Assembly: GCA_965228475.1 (NCBI GenBank)
Contig: OZ245817.1
Location: 2,976,001 to 3,040,000, forward strand
Source: Myxococcota bacterium
Lineage (GTDB): Bacteria; Myxococcota_A; UBA9160; JAFDDA01
Direction of reading: 5' to 3'
Length of the DNA stretch: 64,000 nt
Of this stretch, positions 27,269 through 35,196 are shown piece by piece. The stretch's first letter is position 1; each line of letters begins with the position of its first letter. The notes beneath the pieces were generated by a model, which was not told the origin of the DNA, made no database searches, and was given only the letters and a program-made list of their open reading frames with translations. The position numbers and the translations under genes were made by a program.

Positions 27269-28804
27269 ATGAAGGTCTCGGTCGCCCGTCAGACGGCGAA
27301 GAAGCTCGGCAGCATCGCGGTGGACGTCCTGGCCCTGCCCGTCCCGGAACTGCCCGAGAAGGGCTGGCGGCTGCCGGCCGCCGTGGCGGCTCTCGACAAG
27401 GCCCTCGGCGGCACCCTGACCGCCGCCGTGGCGGCGGGCGACTTCCGCGGCAAGCGCGGGCAGAGCCACCTGGCCTACGGCACCGGGCGGGTGAAGGCCA
27501 AGCGCGTGCTGCTCGTGGGCCTGGGCGGCGCCGACCGGCCCGACACCGAGAGCCTGCGCGGCATCGGTGGCGAAGCCGTGCGCACCGCCTTGCGCAACGG
27601 CGGAACCCGCGTGGCCGCCCTCTCGCCCCAGGGCCGCGGCCTCGAGCCCGGCGCCGTGGCCCAGGCCCTCGCCGAAGGCGCGACCCTCGGCCACTACCGC
27701 TTCGACCGCTACCAGACGCTCGGGGCGAAGAAGAAGAGCAAGGGCGTCGCGGCCTGCACGCTCTACTTCGAGAACGAGAAGGGCATCGCCAAGGCCAAGG
27801 CCGGCGCGAAGGCCGGCCAGGTGATCGGCGAGAGCCAGAACGTCGCCCGCGACCTCTCGAACGAGCCCGGCGGCGACCTGCCGCCCGAGGCGCTCGCCAA
27901 GGAAGCGGGACGCGTCGCCAAGGAGGCCGGCCTGCGCTTCAAGGCCTTCGGCGTCCCGGAGCTCAAGAAGCGCAAGATGGGCGGCATCCTGGCCGTCGGT
28001 GGCGGAAGCTCGCGCCCCCCGCGCCTGATCGTCATGGAGCACGGCCGCAAGGCCAAGGGGAGCCGGGGCCGGCCCACCGTCGTCCTCGTCGGCAAGGGCA
28101 TCACCTTCGACTCGGGCGGCATCTCGATCAAGCCGAGCGCGGCCATGGACGAGATGAAGCACGACATGGGCGGCGCCGCAGCCGTCGTGGGCGCCATGCG
28201 GGCCGTGGGGCTCCTCGACCTGCCCCTCCACGTGGTTGGGCTGATTCCGGCCGCCGAGAACCTCCCGAGCGCCACCGCCTACCGCCCCGGGGACGTCGTG
28301 AAGACTTCCGCCGGAACCACCATCGAAGTCCTGAATACGGACGCCGAAGGGCGCGTCGTACTCTCGGATGCCCTCCACTACGGGCGGACGGAGTTCGAGC
28401 CGGACGCCATGGTGGACCTGGCGACCCTGACCGGGGCCGCCGTGATCGGCCTCGGGCCGTGGGCGACGGCGATGATGGGCAGTGACGAAAAGCTGGCCGA
28501 GCGCATTCATCTGGCAGGGGAGTCCTGCGGAGAACGCGTCTGGCAGCTGCCCTTGTGGGAGGAGCACCGGGAGCACATCCGGAGCCAGGTGGCGGACATC
28601 AAGAACACGGGGGGCCGCGAAGGCGGAACCATCACGGCCGCCGCGTTCCTGTCGTACTTCACCGAGGGCACGCCCTGGGTGCACCTCGACATCGCCGCCA
28701 CCGCCTGGACCAAGAAGAGCACGCCCACCCAGCCCTTCGGGGCGACGGGCGTCGGGGTCCGGCTGCTCGTGGAGTTCCTCCGCCACTACCGCTCGGGGCG
28801 CTAG
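27269..28804 (+). CDS. pepA: Leucyl aminopeptidase (M17)
   Basis: VGKGITFDSGG, MKHDMGG and NTDAEGR. Confidence 0.96.
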   Translation: MKVSVARQTAKKLGSIAVDVLALPVPELPEKGWRLPAAVAALDKALGGTLTAAVAAGDFRGKRGQSHLAYGTGRVKAKRVLLVGLGGADRPDTESLRGIGGEAVRTALRNGGTRVAALSPQGRGLEPGAVAQALAEGATLGHYRFDRYQTLGAKKKSKGVAACTLYFENEKGIAKAKAGAKAGQVIGESQNVARDLSNEPGGDLPPEALAKEAGRVAKEAGLRFKAFGVPELKKRKMGGILAVGGGSSRPPRLIVMEHGRKAKGSRGRPTVVLVGKGITFDSGGISIKPSAAMDEMKHDMGGAAAVVGAMRAVGLLDLPLHVVGLIPAAENLPSATAYRPGDVVKTSAGTTIEVLNTDAEGRVVLSDALHYGRTEFEPDAMVDLATLTGAAVIGLGPWATAMMGSDEKLAERIHLAGESCGERVWQLPLWEEHREHIRSQVADIKNTGGREGGTITAAAFLSYFTEGTPWVHLDIAATAWTKKSTPTQPFGATGVGVRLLVEFLRHYRSGR

Positions 28805-28889
28805 CGCGGCCCGGGCCATCCGCGCGAAGGCCGCGCGGGGTTTCGACGGTCCGTTCCGTGCCCGCCCGGCACGAGGCGTTCCGCCACGT

Positions 28890-28917
28890 TTGACGCGAAA
28901 ACGGCTGGAGCTACAGT
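28890..28917 (+). promoter_or_regulatory. Possible sigma-70 promoter of the cytochrome c gene
   Basis: TTGACG-N16-TACAGT, ~55 bp upstream of the ATG. Confidence 0.35.
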
Positions 28918-28973
28918 CCGGCCGCCTCTAACCCGGTGCCACGAGAACAAGCCGGGAGACCCAAGGAGACCTC

Positions 28974-29357
28974 ATGACTCGTTCCATTGCTCGCTCCGCG
29001 CTCTTCGCCCTCGCCGCCGGCGCCTTCCTCGCGGCCCCCGCGGCCCTGGCTGGCGATGCGGCCGCCGGCAAGGCCAAGTACGACATGTTCTGCGGCTCGT
29101 GCCACGGCGCCACCGGCAAGGGCGACGGCCCCGTCGGCGGCTCCTTGAACCCGAAGCCCCGCGACTTCTCCATCGGCGACTTCAAGATCGACGCCGACAA
29201 GGACGGCAAGGCCGGCACCGACGCCGACCTCACCCTCGTCATCAAGAACGGCGCCGGCGCCTACGGCGGCTCGCCGATGATGGCGCCCTGGGGTGCGACG
29301 CTCTCCGAGGCCGACCTCGACAACATGGTCGCCTTCGTCCGCAGCCTGAAGAAGTAG
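28974..29357 (+). CDS. Periplasmic monoheme cytochrome c
   Basis: Signal peptide, CGSCH heme motif, distal Met in M.PW, AGGAG RBS. Confidence 0.93.
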   Translation: MTRSIARSALFALAAGAFLAAPAALAGDAAAGKAKYDMFCGSCHGATGKGDGPVGGSLNPKPRDFSIGDFKIDADKDGKAGTDADLTLVIKNGAGAYGGSPMMAPWGATLSEADLDNMVAFVRSLKK

Positions 29358-29380
29358 CGACGCCTTCGTCGCGAAACCCG

Positions 29381-29415
29381 AACGGGGCCGGCGCGCTGCG
29401 CTGGCCCCGTTTTTC
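29381..29415 (+). terminator. Rho-independent terminator
   Basis: AACGGGGCCGGCGC-GCT-GCGCTGGCCCCGTT then TTT, 23 bp after the stop. Confidence 0.8.
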
Positions 29416-29436
29416 GTTGCTACCCTCCCCCCTCGC

Positions 29437-30429
29437 GTGAGTGATCCCAAGCCCGAGGGCGACGCCGAAGACCCCACCGACGCCACGGACGCTGCGGAGG
29501 CGCTGCCCGCCGTCCCCGAGCGCGGCTTCACCCTGCCCGCCCGGCCGACGAGCGACGAGTCCGGCCTCGAGCGCGTCGACGCGCTCACACGCTACACGGC
29601 GGAGCTCGCGAACCACCCGCCGATCTCCCGCGAGGAAGAGCACGCCCTCGCCGTCCGCTTCCAGGATCACGGCGACGCGGAGGCCGGCCAGCGCCTCGTG
29701 CTCTCGAACCTGCGGCTCGTCGTGAAGATCGCCATGGAGTACCGGCGCGCCTGGACCCAGGTGCTCGACTTGATCCAGGAGGGCAACGTCGGCCTCGTGA
29801 AGGCCGTCGAGCGCTTCGACCCCTACGCCGGAACCAAGCTCTCGACCTACGCGGCGTACTGGATCCGCGCCTACGTCCTGAAGTACCTGCTCGACAACAT
29901 CCGCATGGTGCGGCTCGGGACGACCCGCGCCCAGCGCAAGCTCTTCTTCCGCCTGAACAAGGAGAAGCGCGCCCTCGAAGCCGAGGGGTTCAAGGTCGAG
30001 CCGAAGATGATCGCCGAGCGGCTCGACGTGAGCGAAGAAGACGTCATCGAGATGGAGCAGCGGCTCTCGGGCTCGGACCTCTCGATGGAAGCGCCGGCGC
30101 GACGCGACGACGAGGGCGGCGCGAGCTTCGGCGACTTCGTGCGCGCCGAGTCCGTCAGCGCGGAGGACGCCGTCGGCGATGCGGAGCTCCGGCAGGTCTT
30201 CCTCGAGCAGGTCGACGCCTTCCGCGAGACCCTGGACGAACGCGAGCAGAAGATCGTCACCGAGCGGCTGCTCTCCGACGAGCCGCGCACCCTCGCCGAG
30301 ATCGGCGAGGACCTCGGCGTCACCCGGGAACGCGTCCGCCAGCTCGAGGCGCGCATCGTCGAGCGGCTGCGCGAGCACCTGCGCGAGAAGCTCGTCGACT
30401 TCGAGATCTACGCCCCTGAAGCGGACTGA
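29437..30429 (+). CDS. rpoH: RpoH (sigma-32)-like sigma factor
   Basis: NLRLVVKIA, DLIQEGN.GL, RpoH box QRKLFF.L and region 4 TRERVRQLE. Confidence 0.85.
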   Translation: MSDPKPEGDAEDPTDATDAAEALPAVPERGFTLPARPTSDESGLERVDALTRYTAELANHPPISREEEHALAVRFQDHGDAEAGQRLVLSNLRLVVKIAMEYRRAWTQVLDLIQEGNVGLVKAVERFDPYAGTKLSTYAAYWIRAYVLKYLLDNIRMVRLGTTRAQRKLFFRLNKEKRALEAEGFKVEPKMIAERLDVSEEDVIEMEQRLSGSDLSMEAPARRDDEGGASFGDFVRAESVSAEDAVGDAELRQVFLEQVDAFRETLDEREQKIVTERLLSDEPRTLAEIGEDLGVTRERVRQLEARIVERLREHLREKLVDFEIYAPEAD

Positions 30430-30773
30430 GGGCCGGCAGACGCCGCGGGAGCCGGGCGCCCGAGACCGTCATGGGCCTCCGCGTGGAGTGCGGCGAGCCA
30501 GGCGGCGTCGTCCGAGGAAAGCGACGCGAGCCGCGCCTTGCGCTCGAGACGGGGCAGCGCGGAGAAGGCCTGGGCCTTCCAGCCCCGGAGCGGCCGCTTC
30601 TCGAGGCGGCCGAGGATCCCGAGCAGGCGCCGCACGGCCCCTTCCCCCCGGCGTGCGAGGCAAGCCTCCAGGGCCGGCGCGATGTCTGCGACGGGCGCGC
30701 CGGCGGCCGGCGGACAGAGGGCATCGGCCACGTTGTAGAAAGCCCGATGCGCGGCGGCCGGGAGCCGGTTCAT
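30408..30773 (-). CDS. Hypothetical protein, weakly like gluconate-2-dehydrogenase subunit 3
   Basis: ADALCP and FSALP..ER...L patterns; ATGA overlap with the upstream gene. Confidence 0.55.
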   Translation of the reverse strand: MNRLPAAAHRAFYNVADALCPPAAGAPVADIAPALEACLARRGEGAVRRLLGILGRLEKRPLRGWKAQAFSALPRLERKARLASLSSDDAAWLAALHAEAHDGLGRPAPAASAGPQSASGA

Positions 30774-31648
30774 CCGTTTCCCCTCGAGAGTCTTGCCCGG
30801 ATCGCCTCGGCCCAGGCCGGGTCGAAGGTGAAGGCGTGCATCACGAGCATACCGACCGTGAGGCCCGGGAACGCGAACAGTGCCAGGAGGGCGAGCTGCA
30901 GACCGACCCCCATGGCCCATGCCAGGGGCCGCGTCGCCCGGAAGAGCGCGAGCAGCGGGAAGACCAGCTCGACGCCGAGACCGGCCCACGTCGCCGCGCG
31001 CTGGAGACCGCGCGGGAGGGCGAACAGGAGCTGGGCCGCCCACTCCCGCGCGTACGGCAGCCCCGCGGCGGCCGAGAGGGCATCGCCCTGGCGCCAGCCC
31101 GGGCTCGCGAGCTTGTCGAACCCCGCGAGCCCATAGCCCGCGGCGAGCACCACCCAGGCCCCGACGAAGAGCGCTCGGGGGACCCGCCCGCCTTCGGGCC
31201 GCGCCGGGCTCCGCCCGAACGGACGCCAGGGTTCCCCGGGCGGAACGAGTGCCGACGCCAGCAGGAGCCAGCCGAGAAACGGCGCCGCCACGGTCTGGGT
31301 CTGCGGCGCCGCGTGCCCGAGGCAGACCCAGCCGTACCAGAGGAGGACGGCGGCCGTCGGCCGCCAGACGCCGGCGGCCAGAGCCAGGGAGAGAACCCCC
31401 ATTCCGGCGAGCCAGGCCCGGGCGACCGCCGGCTCCGCCGGGAAGGGGCTCGGCAGCACCCCGGCAAGGCCCCCCGCGCCGAGGCTCGGAATCCCGTCCT
31501 TCGAGAAGAGCTCCGCCGCGTGGGGGAACCAGGCGGCGAGCTGGAGCGCGAGAGCCAAGCCCAGGAGGATCCGGAAGGCCGCGAACGCGTGGGGCCCGGA
31601 GCGGCCGGCCAGCGCGACCCCGGGAGCCGGGACCGACGTCTCCCTCAC
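30770..31648 (-). CDS. HTTM-like multi-pass membrane protein
   Basis: FRILLG, Y..AGFDKL.SPGW..GDAL and ELVFPLL; GTGA overlap with the upstream gene. Confidence 0.7.
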   Translation of the reverse strand: MRETSVPAPGVALAGRSGPHAFAAFRILLGLALALQLAAWFPHAAELFSKDGIPSLGAGGLAGVLPSPFPAEPAVARAWLAGMGVLSLALAAGVWRPTAAVLLWYGWVCLGHAAPQTQTVAAPFLGWLLLASALVPPGEPWRPFGRSPARPEGGRVPRALFVGAWVVLAAGYGLAGFDKLASPGWRQGDALSAAAGLPYAREWAAQLLFALPRGLQRAATWAGLGVELVFPLLALFRATRPLAWAMGVGLQLALLALFAFPGLTVGMLVMHAFTFDPAWAEAIRARLSRGNG

Positions 31649-32178
31649 GGCGCGCACACGAGGAAGGCCTCGCCGAGGGGCTCGTCGTTGGCGAGCGCGC
31701 TCTGGTTCACGACGCGAACGCGAACCACCTCCTCCTCGACGCCGAGGGCGCGCGCAGCGGGCCCACGGCGGCAGAAACCGAAGCGCAGCAGCCCGTGGTC
31801 GGGGTCGGTGCCCGGGAGGCCCGCATACATCGCCGCGTGGGCGTAGGCGGCCATGCGGACGACGGGGCCGTCGAATGCGGCGCCGAAGTTCCGATCGATC
31901 GCGAACTCGCGAACGCTGCCGTCGGCCAGCACGAGCTCGACGCGCGCGCGCCGCGCGAAGGTGTCGATGCCCTGACTGTTGCGAAAAACGCGGGGCAGTG
32001 GCGCCGCGCCCGAGAGCGAGCCGAGGGCCAGCAGGAAGCGAGAACCGGAGATCGAACCGGCCATCTGGAGGAGGCCAACGGCCGTCAGGAGGACGGCCAG
32101 GAACGTGCGGAACCGGGCGGAGGGAAGCCTGGCCGCGAGACGCGAGGTCTCGCGGCCAGGTTGGAGGCCCTGGTTCAG
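31645..32178 (-). CDS. Membrane-anchored hypothetical protein (probable CTG start at 32178; first ATG at 32064)
   Basis: The frame is open to a CTG overlapping the upstream TGA, and a hydrophobic helix (FLAVLLTAVGLLQ) lies before the first Met. Confidence 0.6.
   Translation of the reverse strand: MNQGLQPGRETSRLAARLPSARFRTFLAVLLTAVGLLQMAGSISGSRFLLALGSLSGAAPLPRVFRNSQGIDTFARRARVELVLADGSVREFAIDRNFGAAFDGPVVRMAAYAHAAMYAGLPGTDPDHGLLRFGFCRRGPAARALGVEEEVVRVRVVNQSALANDEPLGEAFLVCAP
32128..32160. other. Perfect 14-bp-stem hairpin just downstream of the PEP-CTERM gene
   Basis: CCTGGCCGCGAGAC-GCGAG-GTCTCGCGGCCAGG; no U-tract. Confidence 0.7.
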
Positions 32179-33074
32179 GAGCGGCGCCGCCGTGCGATCG
32201 CGACCCCACCGACGACGGTCGCGGCGAAGACCGCGGCCAGCGCCGGCTCGGGGACCGGAATCGTGGCAGCGAGATTGTCCGCGACGATGTTGCCCGTCAC
32301 GTTCAGGAACTCGAGCGAAACGATCTCGAGCTCCACGGACGTCACGTTCACGGCGCAGAAGAAGGTCTGGAGCTCACAGCCCGGTGCGGGCTGGCTGACC
32401 GGGTCACCGGCCGGAACCTCGAAGCCCACGCCGGGGAGCGGCACCGTCAGCTGCGTGCCGACCTCGGTCGGTCCGCTGAAGAGCCGATCGAGCGTCCCGA
32501 GGACCGGAATGTCCACGGGCGTTCCGCCGCCGAAGCTGAACGGCGCGATGTTGATGTCGACGATGCCGTCGGCGCTTCCGCTCGCCGTTGCGCCGAGCAC
32601 GATACCGACCGAGGGGAAGATGGCGCTCCAGCCGCCCGGGCCGGGGACCGTCTCCGACGGGATCGGCGAGGTCGTGACCGGTGCGTCGAGCCCGAGCGTG
32701 ATCTCGTCCACGTCGATGTTGAGGTCGAAGTTCAGGGTGCCGAGGATGCCGACGTCGATGCCGACGGTGCCGGTCACCGAGCCCGGGTTCGGGTTGCTGA
32801 TGTCGATGTCGTTCAGCGTGACCGAGTTGTCCCAGCCGGGCGAGCCCCAGTCGGCCGTGATCGTGCCCTCGGGCGTTGCCGAGAGAGCGCCGGACACCAT
32901 GCCGGTTCCATCGAACGTGCCGATGTTCGAGAACACCGTCACCTTGAGCTCACCCTCGATGTCGCCGCTCAGCGTGCTCGTGTTCAAGACGTTGTAGACG
33001 AGAGGCGCCGCGGTGGCCGTCCCGGCAAAACCGGCCGCCAGCGCGAACGCAAAGAGAGACTTCGTGATCCGCAT
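32175..33074 (-). CDS. PEP-CTERM sorting-domain surface protein
   Basis: Signal peptide; Thr/Gly/Ser/Val-rich body; C-terminal VPEP + TM helix + RRRR. Confidence 0.9.
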   Translation of the reverse strand: MRITKSLFAFALAAGFAGTATAAPLVYNVLNTSTLSGDIEGELKVTVFSNIGTFDGTGMVSGALSATPEGTITADWGSPGWDNSVTLNDIDISNPNPGSVTGTVGIDVGILGTLNFDLNIDVDEITLGLDAPVTTSPIPSETVPGPGGWSAIFPSVGIVLGATASGSADGIVDINIAPFSFGGGTPVDIPVLGTLDRLFSGPTEVGTQLTVPLPGVGFEVPAGDPVSQPAPGCELQTFFCAVNVTSVELEIVSLEFLNVTGNIVADNLAATIPVPEPALAAVFAATVVGGVAIARRRRS

Positions 33075-33213
33075 CCAACACTTCCTTCCCAGCATTCCCG
33101 CGGCCGGTTCCCAGGGCCGGACGCGAGACCGAACATGTGGCGAGAAGGCGGAGCTGCGGTGCCCGCGCTCCTCCCCTTCCCGTGGCAGCCGTGGCTACCG
33201 ACTGAGCGTTAAG

Positions 33214-33229
33214 TGCAAGACTCAGGCCA
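33214..33229 (-). promoter_or_regulatory. Sigma-54 (-24/-12) promoter of the PEP-CTERM gene
   Basis: Minus strand TGGCCTGAGTCTTGCA = GG-N10-GC with TTGCA. Confidence 0.7.
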
Positions 33230-33247
33230 AGGTCCCTTGCAACACGA

Positions 33248-33260
33248 TTTCAGGGACTTG
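33248..33260 (+). promoter_or_regulatory. Putative IHF site
   Basis: TTTCAGGGACTTG, one mismatch to WATCARNNNNTTR, lying between the -24 element and the upstream palindrome. Confidence 0.45.
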
Positions 33261-33304
33261 GCGCTCTCGGCCCGCCGGATCGGGCCGGATCGAGCCCCCT
33301 CGAC

Positions 33305-33318
33305 GGAAAACCTTTTCC
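33305..33318. promoter_or_regulatory. Palindrome, candidate enhancer (UAS) for a sigma-54 activator
   Basis: GGAAAA-CC-TTTTCC, ~75-90 bp upstream of the -24 element. Confidence 0.4.
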
Positions 33319-33353
33319 ATTGGAACGGAAGCTCCATTCCGCGGACCGTGTGT

Positions 33354-35096
33354 TCAGAGCCCCTGCGCGCCGAGCGGGGTCTGGCGCCGGAGCTGATCCC
33401 GGAGCCCCTCGATCCGGGCGTCGGGGTGGAGGGCGAGGCTCTCGTCGGCCAGCGCCAGGGCCTGCCGGGGCTCGCCGAGCGCCGAGAGCAGGCCGATGCG
33501 CACGCGCCGACGCCAGAGGTCGAGATCCGCGCGTCCGGCTTCGGGGAGCCGGGAGAGTGAGGCGGGGTCGGCCGCTTCCCAGTCCGCGCCGGCGGGCTCG
33601 CGAACGAAGACGGCCGCGACATCGTCGAGCCAGACCATCCGCCAGTCCGGGTCGCGATGCAGCTCAGAGAGCAGCGACGTATCGGGCAGGAGCGCGTGAT
33701 GGAGGAGCGCGGTGCCGAAGCGATAGCGCCGCTCGAGGCGCCGGAAGTTCTCCGGGCGGCCGCCGTCCTCGACCTCGAAGTCCGCGAAACGCTCGGCCCC
33801 GAACACCTCGAGCCGGCCGTCGACGAGCACCCGGTACGCCGGGAAGAGGCGCGCGATGAGATAGCCCCCGTCGCCCATGCGGTGATAGATCGGGCCGGGT
33901 GGCCGCTCCCGCTCGATCCAGTCCACGGCCGCTTCGGGATACTGGAGCGGGAACAGCGCCGGAGCCGAGCGGCCTTCCGACCCCCAGGCACCTTCGAGGC
34001 TGCGCGCCGCGAACACGCCTCCGAGCAGAACGAGCAGGGCCAGGACGCCGGCGTTCGCGTAGCGACGAAGCCGAGCCGGAACCCGCGTCGCGACGGCGGC
34101 GCCGAGGCTGCGGTTCACGAGCGGAACGGCCACGACGGCGAACAGCGCGAGGTTCCGGCGCGCGGAGAACGCGAGGTACAGGAAGGCGAGCCCGAGCAGC
34201 AGGTCGAAGGCCGAGACTTCGCGCCCCCGCAACGCCCAGCCGAGGAGCAGGAGGGCGATCAACGCCCAGACCGGCGCGAGCGCGGCCACACCCAGCTCGA
34301 GCGACGGCCGCAGCTCGAGGATCACGCGGCCGAACACCCCGCGGTCCTGCCAGCCGCCGATCATGCCGAGCTGCTCGAGCGGAAAGAGCACGCCCTCGAG
34401 GCCGTTCGGGTTCGCAAAGGACACCGCCCCGGAAAGCGCGCCTGCGACGACCAGGGGAAGCCAGCGCGCCCGGCGGTGGCGTTCGCCGGGAACCATCCAC
34501 GGCCGCAGCAGCTCGGCCAGGAACGCCATGCCGAGGACCGCCAACCCCACCGCGAACAGTCCGTGCACGTTCGCCCAGACGAGCTGCAGCGGCACGACCG
34601 CCAGGACGCCCCACCCCCCCGAACGCTCGTGGCGAAAGAGCAGAGCGAGCAACGCGAGCAGCAGGACGAAGGAGAGCAGGTCCGGGCGTTCGAGGAAGCG
34701 GCTCGAACCGATCGCGGCGAGCAACGCCACCGCGACGCCGGTCACGCCCGCGGCGCCGCGGCGGAAGCCGATCGCCGCCGCGCCCCCGAGCACGAGCCAG
34801 ACGAGGCCACCCTTGGCGAGCCGGACCGCCTCGTGCCCGCCGAGCTGGTGCAGGCCGTGGAGCCCGACCTGGAAGAGCCAGTGGAGATCGATCCAGCGGG
34901 CGCCGGGCACCGTGTAGGTGTAGGCGTCCACGCGGGGCACCTCGCCGTGGGCGACGATCCACTCCCCCGTCGCCAGGTGCCACCAGTAGTCGAAGCTGCG
35001 GATCGGCACGAACCCGACCGCCGCCCCGAACAGCGCGATGACGAGCAGAAGAAGTGCAGGCCCGAAGAATCGTTCGAGCGGCGGTGTGCGTTCCAT
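33354..35096 (-). CDS. Large polytopic membrane protein (possible GT-C-fold glycosyltransferase)
   Basis: D.WWHL..G.WI first loop, W.D.HWLFQ, WANVHG.F, many TM helices, C-terminal soluble domain with DGR.E. Confidence 0.65.
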   Translation of the reverse strand: MERTPPLERFFGPALLLLVIALFGAAVGFVPIRSFDYWWHLATGEWIVAHGEVPRVDAYTYTVPGARWIDLHWLFQVGLHGLHQLGGHEAVRLAKGGLVWLVLGGAAAIGFRRGAAGVTGVAVALLAAIGSSRFLERPDLLSFVLLLALLALLFRHERSGGWGVLAVVPLQLVWANVHGLFAVGLAVLGMAFLAELLRPWMVPGERHRRARWLPLVVAGALSGAVSFANPNGLEGVLFPLEQLGMIGGWQDRGVFGRVILELRPSLELGVAALAPVWALIALLLLGWALRGREVSAFDLLLGLAFLYLAFSARRNLALFAVVAVPLVNRSLGAAVATRVPARLRRYANAGVLALLVLLGGVFAARSLEGAWGSEGRSAPALFPLQYPEAAVDWIERERPPGPIYHRMGDGGYLIARLFPAYRVLVDGRLEVFGAERFADFEVEDGGRPENFRRLERRYRFGTALLHHALLPDTSLLSELHRDPDWRMVWLDDVAAVFVREPAGADWEAADPASLSRLPEAGRADLDLWRRRVRIGLLSALGEPRQALALADESLALHPDARIEGLRDQLRRQTPLGAQGL

Positions 35097-35196
35097 CCCC
35101 TCCTCGGGCCGCGAGCAGCATACCGGAAGGCATCCCCGCGAGGCCGAGCCCCGAACCCGCTTGCCTCGCCGCCCCCGGGCGACGGATAATCCGCGG

